Below the pieces are notes generated by a model. The model saw nothing but the letters and a program-made list of their open reading frames with translations, was not told the origin of the DNA and did not search any database. Positions 39,026 to 48,122 of a stretch of 64,000 bases of DNA are shown here, in pieces. Made by a program: the position numbers and the translations under genes. The first letter of the stretch is position 1; every line of letters starts with the position of its first letter. The DNA comes from Verrucomicrobiota bacterium. GTDB lineage: Bacteria; Verrucomicrobiota; Lentisphaeria; Lentisphaerales; Lentisphaeraceae. The stretch is taken from positions 10,207 to 74,206 of the forward strand of contig JBDKFG010000013.1 of assembly GCA_039798785.1 (NCBI GenBank), written 5' to 3'.

Positions 39026-42000
39026 TCATGGGGTCGTCTCCTGCGGACAAGCTTCCAGCAGCCGCTTCACTTCGGGTTTGCAGGAGCCGCAACCAAGGCC
39101 GGCGCCGGAGGCGGAGCAAAGGGCGGCGAAGTCGCGGCAGCCGCCGCGCACCAGCTTCTCGAGGTCGATCTTGCCGACGCTGGCGCAGGAGCAGACGATC
39201 GGGCCTTCGGGAGGCGGGCGGGCCTGGCCGCCGCGGAAGAGCGAGGCGCGGCGGGGGCCGAGCTCGAGACCCTGGGCGATGAGCTCCTTGAACTCGGCGA
39301 ACTCGGTCTTGTCGCCGATCAGGATGGCACCGACGAGACGGTCGCGCAGCACCACCGCCTTCTTGTAGAAACGCAGCTGGCGGTCGAGAAGGACGATCTC
39401 CTCGGCGCCGTCCTTGTCGCCGAGGCCGGGATTGCCGATGGCGCAGAGGTCGAGATCCTTGATCTTGAGGACGTTGAAGTCGAGGCTGCCGCGGTATTCG
39501 GCGTGGGGGTGGCCGGCGAGGGCGGCGGCGGCAACGCGGGCCTGGTCCTGGGCCGAGGGGGTGGTGCCGTAGAGGCGGCCGCGATGCTCGGCGATCTCGC
39601 CGATGGCGAAGATGGCGGGATCGCTGCTGCGCATGCGCTCGTCGACGAGGATGCCGCGGCTGCACTTCAGCCCGGCGGCGCGGCCGAGCTCGAAGTTGGG
39701 GCTGATGCCGGCGGCGAAGAAGAGGGCGTCGGCAATCAGGTGGCGGCCGCTCTTGAGCTTCACCTCCTTGAGGGCGAAGTCGCCGTGCACCGATTCCACC
39801 TCGTCGTTGAAGATCAGCTGGATGCCGCGGGCGCGGATCTCCTCGGCGAGGATGCCGCTGCCGACGGCGTCGAGCTGGCCGCGCATCAGCTGCGAGGAGC
39901 GCTGCACCAGGGTGACTTCGACGCCCATTTCGACCAGGGCGCCGGCGAGCTCGAGGCCGAGCAGGCCGCCGCCGCTGACCACGGCGCGGCCGCCGTCGCG
40001 GAGATAGTCGCGGATGGCGTCGGCGTCGCGGCGGGTGCGCAGGCCGAAGATGCCCTTCAGATTGGGCATGGGCTTGAGCGGGATCGCCGGGCGCGAGCCG
40101 GTGGCGAGGACGAGGGTGTCGTAGCGGTGCTGGCGGCCCTTGGCGTCGAAGACGCTTTTCTCCTGCGGGTCGATGCGGAGGATTTCGGCTTCCGGATGGA
40201 GTCTGACCTGGAGCTGGTCGAGCTCGTCGGCGCTGGTGGAGAGCAGCTCGTTCCAAGACTTCTCGCCGTGCAGGTAGTCGGGGAGGAGGACGCGGTTGTA
40301 GAAGGCCTCGGGCTCGCGGCTGAAGACCTCGATGCTGCCGCGGCCACCCTGCTGGCGGAATTGGGAGCAGAATTCGAGGGCGGCGGCGCCGGCGCCGACC
40401 ACCAGGATGCGGCCGGCATCGGGGAAGAGCGCTTCCACCTTGACCGCACTGTGCTTCAGGTCGGGCTCTTTCGACACCGGATCGAAGAGGATCGGGGTGA
40501 GGTTGTTGGCGCGGGCGTCGAGGCCGCCGCTGTGGCGTCCCCAGTGGATCGACATGAAGACGCTGCCGCGGCGGAGTCCGGCGTCGAAGCGGGCGGCGGC
40601 GCGGCATTGGCCGCGGCGGTTGCTGAGGCGCATCGGCGCGCCTTCGAGGATGCCGAGGGCCGCGGCGTCGTCGGGGTGGATGTCTATCACTGGCTCGGTT
40701 TCGTGCTGGCGCAGGCGGGCCACCTTGCCGGTGCGGTTCATCGAGTGCCACTGGTCGCGGAGGCGGCCGGTGATCAGCAGGAAGGGGTGCTCGGCGCTGG
40801 TCTTCTCGTCGTCGATCTCGGGAGCGACGCAGTGGAGCTTGGCCTTGCGCGAGGAGGTCAGGAATTGATGGTCGGCGAAGAGGCGGGGCGTGCCGGGGTG
40901 CTGGGCGTCGGGGCAAGGCCATTGCAGCGAGCCTTGGCGGAGGCGGGCGTAGCTGACGCCGCAGATGTCGACCGCGGTGCCACGAGTGAGCTCGCGGCAG
41001 TCGTTGAAGACGGCCTCGGTGTCGGGGTAGGCGAACTGCTTCTCCCAGCCCATGGCGCGGGCGAAGCGGAGGAGGATGTGGGCGTCGGAGAGGGCCTGGC
41101 CGGGCGGCTCGAGGAGCTTGGGCAGGTAGGTGATGCGGCGCTCGGAGTTGGTCATCGTACCCTCCTTCTCGAGCCAGCCGGCGGCAGGGAGGACGAGGTC
41201 GGCAAAGCGCAGGGTGTCGGCCTGGCGGGAGCACTCGCTGACCATGACGAAGCGGGTCTTGGCGAAGGCTTTCTCGACGCGTTCGAGATCGGGGAAGGAG
41301 TAGCCGGGGTTGGTGCACATGATCCAGATGGCCTTGAGCTTGCCGCTCTCCATCGCCTCGACCATCTCAAGTGCGGTGAGGCCGGGCTTGGCGGCGATCG
41401 GTGCGGTGGCCTGCCAGTGGGCCGCCACCTTGGCGCGGTGCTCGGGATTGGCGAGGTCGTGGTGCGCCGCCAGCATGGTGGCGAGCCCGCCGACCTCGCG
41501 GCCGCCCATGGCGTTGGGCTGGCCGGTGAGCGAGAAGGGGGCGCAGCCGGGACGTCCGATGCGGCCGGTGATCAGGTTGAGGTTGATCAGCGAGGTGTTT
41601 TTGCGGACGCCGCCGCGCGATTGGTTGAGGCCCATGGCCCAGAGGGTGAGCAGGGTCTTCGACTCGCCGATCATCCGGGCGGCGAGCTCGATCTGCTCCA
41701 GGGGAAGGTCGCAAGCTTCGGCCTCGGCGGCGAGGTCGAGGCCGGCGAGCAGATCGCGCAAGTCCTGCCAGCCCTCGCAGTGCTGCTCGAGGAAGGGCAG
41801 GTCGGCATAGCCGCCGCGCACCAGCAGGGCGGCGAGGGCGTTGTGCAGGTGGATGTCCGAGCCCGGACGCAGGGCGAGGTGGAGGTCGGCCATCTCGGCA
41901 GTCTGGGTGCGGCGGGGGTCGGCGACGATCAATTTCACCTCGGGATGGGCGGCGCGATGAGCCTCGACGCGGCGGAAGAGGATGGGGTGGCACCAGGCGG

Positions 42001-42508
42001 GATTGGCGCCGGTGACGAAGAGGCAGTCGCTGGCCTCGATGTCGTCGTAGCTGAAGGGCGGCGCGTCGTCGCCGAGGCTCATCTTGTAGCCGACCACCGC
42101 GCTCGACATGCAGAGGCGCGAGTTGGTGTCGATGTTGTTGGTGCCGAGGAAGCCCTTGCAGAGCTTGTTGGCGAGGTAGTACTCCTCAGTCAGCAGTTGG
42201 CCGGAGACGAAGAGACCGACCGAATCGGGGCCGTGACGGGCGATGATCGAGCGGAAGACTGCGGCGGCGCGGAACATCGCCTCGTCCCAAGTGACGTCCT
42301 GCAGAGGATGGTGGCGGGCGCTGCGCATCTGCGGCACCAGCAGGCGGTCGCTGCGGTCTGCCACCGTGTGGTGCAGGTTCATCCCCTTGCTGCACAGCTG
42401 GCCACGGCTGGAGGGGTGATCCGGATCGCCGGCAACCGTCAGCCCGCGCCCGTCCTGGTGGACCAGCACGCCGCATCCGACGCCGCAGTAAGAGCATGTG
42501 GATTTCAT
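39026..42508 (-). CDS. nasA: Assimilatory nitrate reductase catalytic subunit fused to FAD/NADH diaphorase and BFD-like [2Fe-2S] domains
   Basis: TCSYCGVGCG, LCSKG, NNIDTNSRLCMSSA, GQPNAMGGREVG and TGRLRDQWH; then VGAG, ATGS, GGGLLGLE and VCSC...CGSC. Confidence 0.92.
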   Translation of the reverse strand: MKSTCSYCGVGCGVLVHQDGRGLTVAGDPDHPSSRGQLCSKGMNLHHTVADRSDRLLVPQMRSARHHPLQDVTWDEAMFRAAAVFRSIIARHGPDSVGLFVSGQLLTEEYYLANKLCKGFLGTNNIDTNSRLCMSSAVVGYKMSLGDDAPPFSYDDIEASDCLFVTGANPAWCHPILFRRVEAHRAAHPEVKLIVADPRRTQTAEMADLHLALRPGSDIHLHNALAALLVRGGYADLPFLEQHCEGWQDLRDLLAGLDLAAEAEACDLPLEQIELAARMIGESKTLLTLWAMGLNQSRGGVRKNTSLINLNLITGRIGRPGCAPFSLTGQPNAMGGREVGGLATMLAAHHDLANPEHRAKVAAHWQATAPIAAKPGLTALEMVEAMESGKLKAIWIMCTNPGYSFPDLERVEKAFAKTRFVMVSECSRQADTLRFADLVLPAAGWLEKEGTMTNSERRITYLPKLLEPPGQALSDAHILLRFARAMGWEKQFAYPDTEAVFNDCRELTRGTAVDICGVSYARLRQGSLQWPCPDAQHPGTPRLFADHQFLTSSRKAKLHCVAPEIDDEKTSAEHPFLLITGRLRDQWHSMNRTGKVARLRQHETEPVIDIHPDDAAALGILEGAPMRLSNRRGQCRAAARFDAGLRRGSVFMSIHWGRHSGGLDARANNLTPILFDPVSKEPDLKHSAVKVEALFPDAGRILVVGAGAAALEFCSQFRQQGGRGSIEVFSREPEAFYNRVLLPDYLHGEKSWNELLSTSADELDQLQVRLHPEAEILRIDPQEKSVFDAKGRQHRYDTLVLATGSRPAIPLKPMPNLKGIFGLRTRRDADAIRDYLRDGGRAVVSGGGLLGLELAGALVEMGVEVTLVQRSSQLMRGQLDAVGSGILAEEIRARGIQLIFNDEVESVHGDFALKEVKLKSGRHLIADALFFAAGISPNFELGRAAGLKCSRGILVDERMRSSDPAIFAIGEIAEHRGRLYGTTPSAQDQARVAAAALAGHPHAEYRGSLDFNVLKIKDLDLCAIGNPGLGDKDGAEEIVLLDRQLRFYKKAVVLRDRLVGAILIGDKTEFAEFKELIAQGLELGPRRASLFRGGQARPPPEGPIVCSCASVGKIDLEKLVRGGCRDFAALCSASGAGLGCGSCKPEVKRLLEACPQETTP

Positions 42509-42518
42509 TTTCGAACCG

Positions 42519-42653
42519 GGTTGAAAGGTTGAAAGGTTGAAAGGCAAGAAGAGGCGAGGTTGAGAAGCGATGCCGCAGTGGCTGAGTCTTGAGTCAATGC
42601 GTCTTGAGTCGGTTTTCAGGCTGTTCGCCTTTCAACCTTTCAACCTTTCAACC
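42519..42653. repeat. 27-bp perfect inverted repeat built of GGTTGAAA octamers
   Basis: 42519-42545 GGTTGAAAGGTTGAAAGGTTGAAAGGC is the exact reverse complement of 42627-42653. Confidence 0.9.
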
Positions 42654-42661
42654 TCTTCGAC

Positions 42662-42985
42662 TCACACCTGCACCAGCACCCGGCCGCCCTCGATCTTGAC
42701 CGGGTAGGTGCGGATGTGGCCGCAGTCGCTGTCGCCGATCTGGCAGCCGCTCTGCAGGGAGAAGCTGCGCTTGTGCAGGGGGCAGACGATCTTCGGCTCG
42801 CCGGCGACGTCGCCGGTGAGGCCGCGGGCGAGCACCATGCGCTTCTCGTGGGGGCAGAGGTTCTGGCTGGCGTACCAGCCGCGCTCCTGGAGGTTGAAGA
42901 CGGCGATCTGTTCGTCGTTGATCTTGATGCAGGTGCCCAGCTCGGGGGCGAAGTCGGCGGCGGGGCCGCAGTCGTTCCAGTTCAT
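42662..42985 (-). CDS. nirD: Nitrite reductase (NADH) small subunit, Rieske-type
   Basis: QNLCPH...VLARGLTGD...CPLHK motifs; adjacent to nirB. Confidence 0.92.
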   Translation of the reverse strand: MNWNDCGPAADFAPELGTCIKINDEQIAVFNLQERGWYASQNLCPHEKRMVLARGLTGDVAGEPKIVCPLHKRSFSLQSGCQIGDSDCGHIRTYPVKIEGGRVLVQV

Positions 42986-42999
42986 GCTCGTTTCCTCAA

Positions 43000-43027
43000 T
43001 CTTGAATTTTGAATTTTGAATCTTGAA
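43000..43027. repeat. Four tandem T(C/T)TTGAA heptamers
   Basis: tcttgaa ttttgaa ttttgaa tcttgaa between nirB and nirD. Confidence 0.8.
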
Positions 43028-43030
43028 TCC

Positions 43031-45556
43031 TCAGGCCGTGACCCCGGCGGCGGCGCGTTCTTCGTCGGAGAGCGGGCGGATCTGGCCGCGTTCGCTGGCG
43101 AAGGCCTGGGTGGGGTCGCGCTCGTCGCTGTTGGCGAAGTGGCGGAAGCGTTTGAGCTTCTCGGGGTCATTGACGGCGTTCTTCCATTCGCACTCGTAGG
43201 TGTCGACGAGCTGCTGCATCTGGCTTTCGAGCTCCTCGCAGATGCCGAGGGAGTCGTGGATGACCACGTCCTTGAGGTGGGCGAGGCCGCCGGGCAGCTT
43301 GTCGAGCCAGGTGGAGGTGCGGTTGAGGCGCTCGGCGGTCTTGATGTAGTACATGAGGAAGCGGTCGATGTACTGGATCAGGGTGGCGTCGTCGAGGTCG
43401 CCGGCGAGCAGGTCGGCGTGGCGCGGCTTCATGCCGCCGTTGCCGCAGACGTAGAGGTTCCATCCCTTCTCGGTGGCGATGACGCCGAAGTCCTTGCTCT
43501 GCGCCTCGGCGCATTCGCGGGTGCAGCCGGAGACGGCGGACTTGAGCTTGTGCGGCGAGCGCAGGCCGCGGTAGCGCTCCTCGATGCGGATCGCCATGCT
43601 GGTGGAGTCCTGGACGCCGTAGCGGCACCAGGTGGAGCCGACGCAGGACTTCACCGTGCGCAGCGCCTTGCCGTAGGCGTGGCCGGATTCGAAGCCGGCG
43701 GCGATCAGCTCGCTCCAGATCGACGGCAGCTCATTGAGGTGGGCGCCGAAGAGGTCGATGCGCTGGCCGCCGGTGATCTTGACGTAGAGCTTGTACTTCT
43801 TCGCCACCTCGCCGAGGACGATGAGCTTGTCGGCGGTGATCTCGCCGCCGGGGACGCGGGGGACCACCGAGTAGGTGCCGTCTTTTTGGATGTTGGCGAG
43901 GAAGGCGTCGTTGGTGTCCTGCAGCGGCGCGTGCTTGAGGATGGGTTCGTTCCAGGTGCTGGCCAGGATCGAGGCGACCGCCGGCTTGCAGATCTCGCAG
44001 CCGCTGCCCTGTCCGTGCTTCTCGATCAGGTGCTCGAAGCTCTTGATGCCGGAGGCGCGGACGATGGCGTTGAGGGCGACGCGGCTGTGCGGGAAGTGCT
44101 CGCAGATCGCCTCGCTGACCTCCAGGCCCTTCGACTTCTGGTAGGACTTGAGCAGGTCGGTGACCAGGGGGACGCAGCCGCCGCAGCCGGTGCCGGCCTT
44201 GGTGCACTTCTTCAGCTCCGGCACCTTGCCGCAGCCGGAGTCGATGGCGGCGCAGATGGCGCCCTTGCTGACATTCTCGCACGAGCAGATGGTGGCGGTG
44301 TCGGGCAGATCGAGCGGACCCGAGCTGTGCGCGGCGCCGCTGGACGCCGGGGCGATCAGGACGATGGGCTCAGGCGGCAACGGCATGGCGTTGAGGTAGA
44401 GCTGCAGCAGCGAACCGTAGGCCGAGGCGTCGCCGACCAGGATGCCGCCCAGCAGGCGCTTGCCGTCGGCGCTGACGAAGATCTTCTTGTAGACGCCCTT
44501 GGCGCGTTCGGCGACCACCAGGTCGTGGTGGGCTTCCTTGGGCTCGATGTTGCCGAAGCTGGCGACGTCGGTGCCGATCAGCTTGAGCTTGGCGCTGAGA
44601 TCGGCGCCGGTGAAGCGGACGTCGCGCCCCAAAATCTGGGCGGCGGCGACGTCGGCCTGCTGGTAGCCGGGGGCGACGAGGCCGTAGATCATGCCGCGGT
44701 GCAGGGCGCACTCGCCGATGGCGTAGATCTTGGCGTCCGAGGTGCGCATGGCGTCGTCCACCTGGATGCCGCCGCGCGGGCCGACTTCCAGGCCGAAGCT
44801 CCTGGCGAGCTCGTCGCGGGGGCGGATGCCGGCGGAGATGATCACCATGTCGGCCTGCAGGGCGCTGCCGTCGGTGAACTCGAGCCCGTCGACCGCCCCT
44901 TCCTTGTCGATGAAGTGCTTGGTGTTGCGGTTCAGCAGGACTTCGATGCCGCGCGACTTGATGACGCCGAGGAGCATGGCGCCGCCGCCCTCGTCGAGCT
45001 GGCGCGGCATCAGGCGGGGGGCGAATTCCACCACCGAAGTCTTCAGGCCCAGGTCCTGGGCGGCTTTCGCGGCTTCCAGTCCGAGCAGGCCGCCGCCGAT
45101 CACCGCGCAGGTCTTCGATTCGTGGGCGCAGGCCCGGATGGCGTCGAGGTCCTCGATGGTGCGGTAGACGAAGATACCTTTGAGATTGACCCCGGGGACG
45201 GCAGGGACGAAGGGGGATGAGCCGGTGGCCAGCACCAGGGCGTCGTAGTGCAATTCGGCGCCTTGGTCGGAGACCACCGCCTGGCGCTCGCGGTCGAGGG
45301 CGAGGATGCGCTCGCCGCAACGCAGCTCGATGCCGCGCTCGGCGTACCAGGCGCGAGTGCCGAGGGTCAGATCTTCGACCGTGCGGCCGGCGAAATATTC
45401 CGACAGGTGGACCCGGTCGTAAGCGGGACGCGGTTCCTCGCCGAAGACGATCAGCTTCCAGTCAGCCGCGGCGGGGCTGGCGCTGAAGCGTTCGCAGAAC
45501 TTGTAGCCGACCATGCCGTGGCCGATGACGATCAGGGTTGGACGCTGGTCTTTCAT
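43031..45556 (-). CDS. nirB: Nitrite reductase (NADH) large subunit
   Basis: IGHGMVG, YDRVHLS, TKAGTGCGGC, DTND.FLANIQKDGTYSVVPR, RTVKSCVGSTWCRYG and SGCTRECAE. Confidence 0.96.
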   Translation of the reverse strand: MKDQRPTLIVIGHGMVGYKFCERFSASPAAADWKLIVFGEEPRPAYDRVHLSEYFAGRTVEDLTLGTRAWYAERGIELRCGERILALDRERQAVVSDQGAELHYDALVLATGSSPFVPAVPGVNLKGIFVYRTIEDLDAIRACAHESKTCAVIGGGLLGLEAAKAAQDLGLKTSVVEFAPRLMPRQLDEGGGAMLLGVIKSRGIEVLLNRNTKHFIDKEGAVDGLEFTDGSALQADMVIISAGIRPRDELARSFGLEVGPRGGIQVDDAMRTSDAKIYAIGECALHRGMIYGLVAPGYQQADVAAAQILGRDVRFTGADLSAKLKLIGTDVASFGNIEPKEAHHDLVVAERAKGVYKKIFVSADGKRLLGGILVGDASAYGSLLQLYLNAMPLPPEPIVLIAPASSGAAHSSGPLDLPDTATICSCENVSKGAICAAIDSGCGKVPELKKCTKAGTGCGGCVPLVTDLLKSYQKSKGLEVSEAICEHFPHSRVALNAIVRASGIKSFEHLIEKHGQGSGCEICKPAVASILASTWNEPILKHAPLQDTNDAFLANIQKDGTYSVVPRVPGGEITADKLIVLGEVAKKYKLYVKITGGQRIDLFGAHLNELPSIWSELIAAGFESGHAYGKALRTVKSCVGSTWCRYGVQDSTSMAIRIEERYRGLRSPHKLKSAVSGCTRECAEAQSKDFGVIATEKGWNLYVCGNGGMKPRHADLLAGDLDDATLIQYIDRFLMYYIKTAERLNRTSTWLDKLPGGLAHLKDVVIHDSLGICEELESQMQQLVDTYECEWKNAVNDPEKLKRFRHFANSDERDPTQAFASERGQIRPLSDEERAAAGVTA

Positions 45557-45578
45557 GGTATCTGTCCCCTGCAGTTTT

Positions 45579-46409
45579 TTAGGATACGAGGTCTTCGACG
45601 GTGATTGCTGGGGTTTTGGCAATTACCTGGTCAAACCATGAAGGAGAGAGTTCGGCAACGGAGCGGACGACGCGGCTGGGCTGGTAGGCGTAATGGGCAA
45701 GATCTTCTTGGCGCGTGCCGCCGGAGAGGACGAGAACGGTGTGGTAGCCTAGTTGCAGGCCGCCGATGATATCGGTCTCCATCGTGTCGCCGACCATGAA
45801 GGTATGAGTGGCGTCGAGGCCGAGCATTTTGCGGGCGTCACGCATCATGATCGGGCTGGGTTTGCCGAGGCTGAAGGCCTTGCGTCCGGTGGCTTCTTCG
45901 AGGAGGCGGACGATGGCGCCGCAGCCGGGGCGGCTGCCTTTGTCGGTGGGGCAGGAGGGGTCCAAGTTGGTGGCGATCAGGCGGGCGCCGCGGTTGATGA
46001 AGTTGGTGGCCTGTTCGAGCATCTCGAAGGTGTAGGTGCGGCCTTCGCCGACGATGACGTAGTCGGGGTCCTTGTCGACGACGGCGATGCCGGCGCGATT
46101 GAGGGCGGTGGTGAGTCCGGATTCGCCGAGGACGAAGGCGGTGGCGCCAGGGCTTTGACGTCCTAGGAATCGAGCGGTCGACATGGCGCAGGTGTAGACG
46201 TGCTCTGCATCGACTTCGATGCCCATGCGCAGTAGCTTGGTGGCGATGTCGATGCGGGTGCGCATCGAGTTGTTGGTGAGGAACATGAAGGGCACGTCGC
46301 GGGACTGCAGCTGGCGAACGAATTCGGCGGCTCCGGGGATGAGCTCGCCGCCGCGGTAGATGACGCCGTCCATGTCGATGAGGACGCCGTAGTTGGGTTT
46401 TTTGTTCAT
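45579..46409 (-). CDS. HAD-IIA family phosphatase (NagD-like)
   Basis: DMDGVIY, FLTNNS, GKPSP and MVGDTMETDI motifs. GGAGA RBS before ATG 46409. Confidence 0.9.
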   Translation of the reverse strand: MNKKPNYGVLIDMDGVIYRGGELIPGAAEFVRQLQSRDVPFMFLTNNSMRTRIDIATKLLRMGIEVDAEHVYTCAMSTARFLGRQSPGATAFVLGESGLTTALNRAGIAVVDKDPDYVIVGEGRTYTFEMLEQATNFINRGARLIATNLDPSCPTDKGSRPGCGAIVRLLEEATGRKAFSLGKPSPIMMRDARKMLGLDATHTFMVGDTMETDIIGGLQLGYHTVLVLSGGTRQEDLAHYAYQPSRVVRSVAELSPSWFDQVIAKTPAITVEDLVS

Positions 46410-46495
46410 GATCTTTCTCCTTGCGTGTTTGTTGTTTCTGTGATTTGCGTTGATCATCATGCTGAGATCTTTACATTTTTGTATGTATTTTGATC

Positions 46496-46535
46496 TTGAC
46501 GTACAAAACAGTAATATTATAATTTTAAAAGTCAA
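46496..46535. promoter_or_regulatory. Overlapping divergent sigma70-like promoters in the AT-rich intergenic region
   Basis: Plus strand TTGACG-N16-TATAAT (46496-46523); minus strand TTGACT-N16-TACTGT starting at 46535. Confidence 0.55.
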
Positions 46536-46669
46536 TTATGTAAATTATTTATTTTTATGTCACGATTTTAGTTTTTGTGTGTTTGATATTTCTTAATTGG
46601 TTATTATGTTTGAATAAGAAACGTTTCGGGATATTTATCTTTAGTTTAAAACAAAAAATGGGGGATCTT

Positions 46670-47896
46670 ATGGGGCCACAAATGCGCGTGCTGGTGCTAT
46701 CGACGCTAGCCTTCACACTGCTCTTTGCGGTGTGGTTGATGTTTGGCATCCTGGGCAAGCCGGTGTCGGCCGCTTTCGGTCTGAGCAAGAGCGAGATGTA
46801 CTGGCTAGGGGGGACAGCGGTGCTGATGGGATCCTTGCTGCGGCTGCCCTTGGGGATTCTCGCCGACCGGATCGGCGGACGCAATGTCATGGTGGCTTTG
46901 CTGCTGTGGACGGCCTTGCCCTGCGCCCTGGTGTCCTTCTGCGAGAGCTATGTTCAGCTTCTGGTCTGCGCCGCGCTCTTCGGTATCGCCGGCAACAGCT
47001 TCTCGGTGGGCATCGCCTGGAACTCGGCCTGGTTCAGCAAGGAGACGCAGGGCACGGCTCTTGGGACCTTTGGTGCCGGGAATGTCGGCGCCTCGGTGAC
47101 CAAGGTCCTGGCGCCCGGTCTGATGGCCGCCTTGCCCGCTGCCGGCCTGCTGGGCGGCTTGATTCCTGGCGGCTGGCGTGCCATCCCGGTGATCTATTCG
47201 GTCCTGCTGGTGGCGATGGCCGCTGTGGTCTACTTCGGCAGCCCACGCCCTGAGCGCTGCCCTGGCCAGGGCCGTAGCTTCAAGGACATGTTGACGCCAC
47301 TGCGTGAAGTTCGCGTCTGGCGCTTCGGGCTCTACTACATCGTCGTCTTCGGCGCCTATGTCGCCCTGTCGCTCTGGCTGCCCATGTACTACCAGGACAT
47401 CTACGGCATCGGCCTGGCGCAAGCCGGCTTGCTTACCTGCCTGTTCATCTTCCCTGCCAGCCTCCTGCGTCCTCTTGGCGGGTATTTCTCGGACAGATTC
47501 GGCGCCCGCCCGGTGACTCTTGCCGTGATGTTCGGGATGCTCGCCCTCTGCGTTCCCCTGTCGATGAACGGCAGCACTCTGAAGTTGCCGATCGAGCTCT
47601 TCACTGCGCTTGTCGTCCTGGTCGGCGTCGGCATGGGCGTCGGCAAGGCTTCGGTCTACCGCTACATTCCCGATTATTTCCCCAAGGACGTCGGTGCCGT
47701 CGGCGGCCTGGTGGGCACTCTCGGGGCTCTTGGCGGCTTCTTCATGATGCCCCTTTTTGGCATGATCGAGGGCGGTGGCATCCGTCAGTCGGCCTTCCTC
47801 GTCCTCGTCGGACTGACCTTCTGCAGCCTGACCTGGCTTCTCCTGGTGGTCACCCAGCTTCGCCGGCGTGAGCGCGAGGCTCTGGCCGCGACCTGA
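46670..47896 (+). CDS. narK: NarK/NasA-family nitrate/nitrite MFS transporter (start 46658 or 46670)
   Basis: GSLLRLPLG, GIAGNSFSVG, GTFGAGNVG, RPLGGYFSDRFG and VGGLVGTLGALGGF nitrate-signature motifs. Confidence 0.9.
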   Translation: MGPQMRVLVLSTLAFTLLFAVWLMFGILGKPVSAAFGLSKSEMYWLGGTAVLMGSLLRLPLGILADRIGGRNVMVALLLWTALPCALVSFCESYVQLLVCAALFGIAGNSFSVGIAWNSAWFSKETQGTALGTFGAGNVGASVTKVLAPGLMAALPAAGLLGGLIPGGWRAIPVIYSVLLVAMAAVVYFGSPRPERCPGQGRSFKDMLTPLREVRVWRFGLYYIVVFGAYVALSLWLPMYYQDIYGIGLAQAGLLTCLFIFPASLLRPLGGYFSDRFGARPVTLAVMFGMLALCVPLSMNGSTLKLPIELFTALVVLVGVGMGVGKASVYRYIPDYFPKDVGAVGGLVGTLGALGGFFMMPLFGMIEGGGIRQSAFLVLVGLTFCSLTWLLLVVTQLRRREREALAAT

Positions 47897-47921
47897 TCTT
47901 CGCAGGATTTCTGAAGGGCGC

Positions 47922-47960
47922 TCCGCCGGAACCGACGCCGCGGTTCCGGCGGAATTCTTT
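47922..47960 (+). terminator. Rho-independent terminator
   Basis: 13-bp stem TCCGCCGGAACCG/CGGTTCCGGCGGA followed by ATTCTTT. Confidence 0.75.
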
Positions 47961-48122
47961 ATATATTGAGAGTTTTTTCTGCGTTTTGACAGCGAAATCA
48001 AATTCGAATGATCCGAAGTTATCCGTGAATGTGATAGGTTTTGGTAAGATTGGACTAAAGTTTCCTGCAACCCGCCGGCTTTGATCAACTCCGAAAAGGC
48101 AGACACCCCCAGGAGGAACCTC

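Noticed and set aside
38984..45220. Long plus-strand ORFs of 1182 and 734 aa
   Set aside because: Antisense shadows of nasA and nirB.
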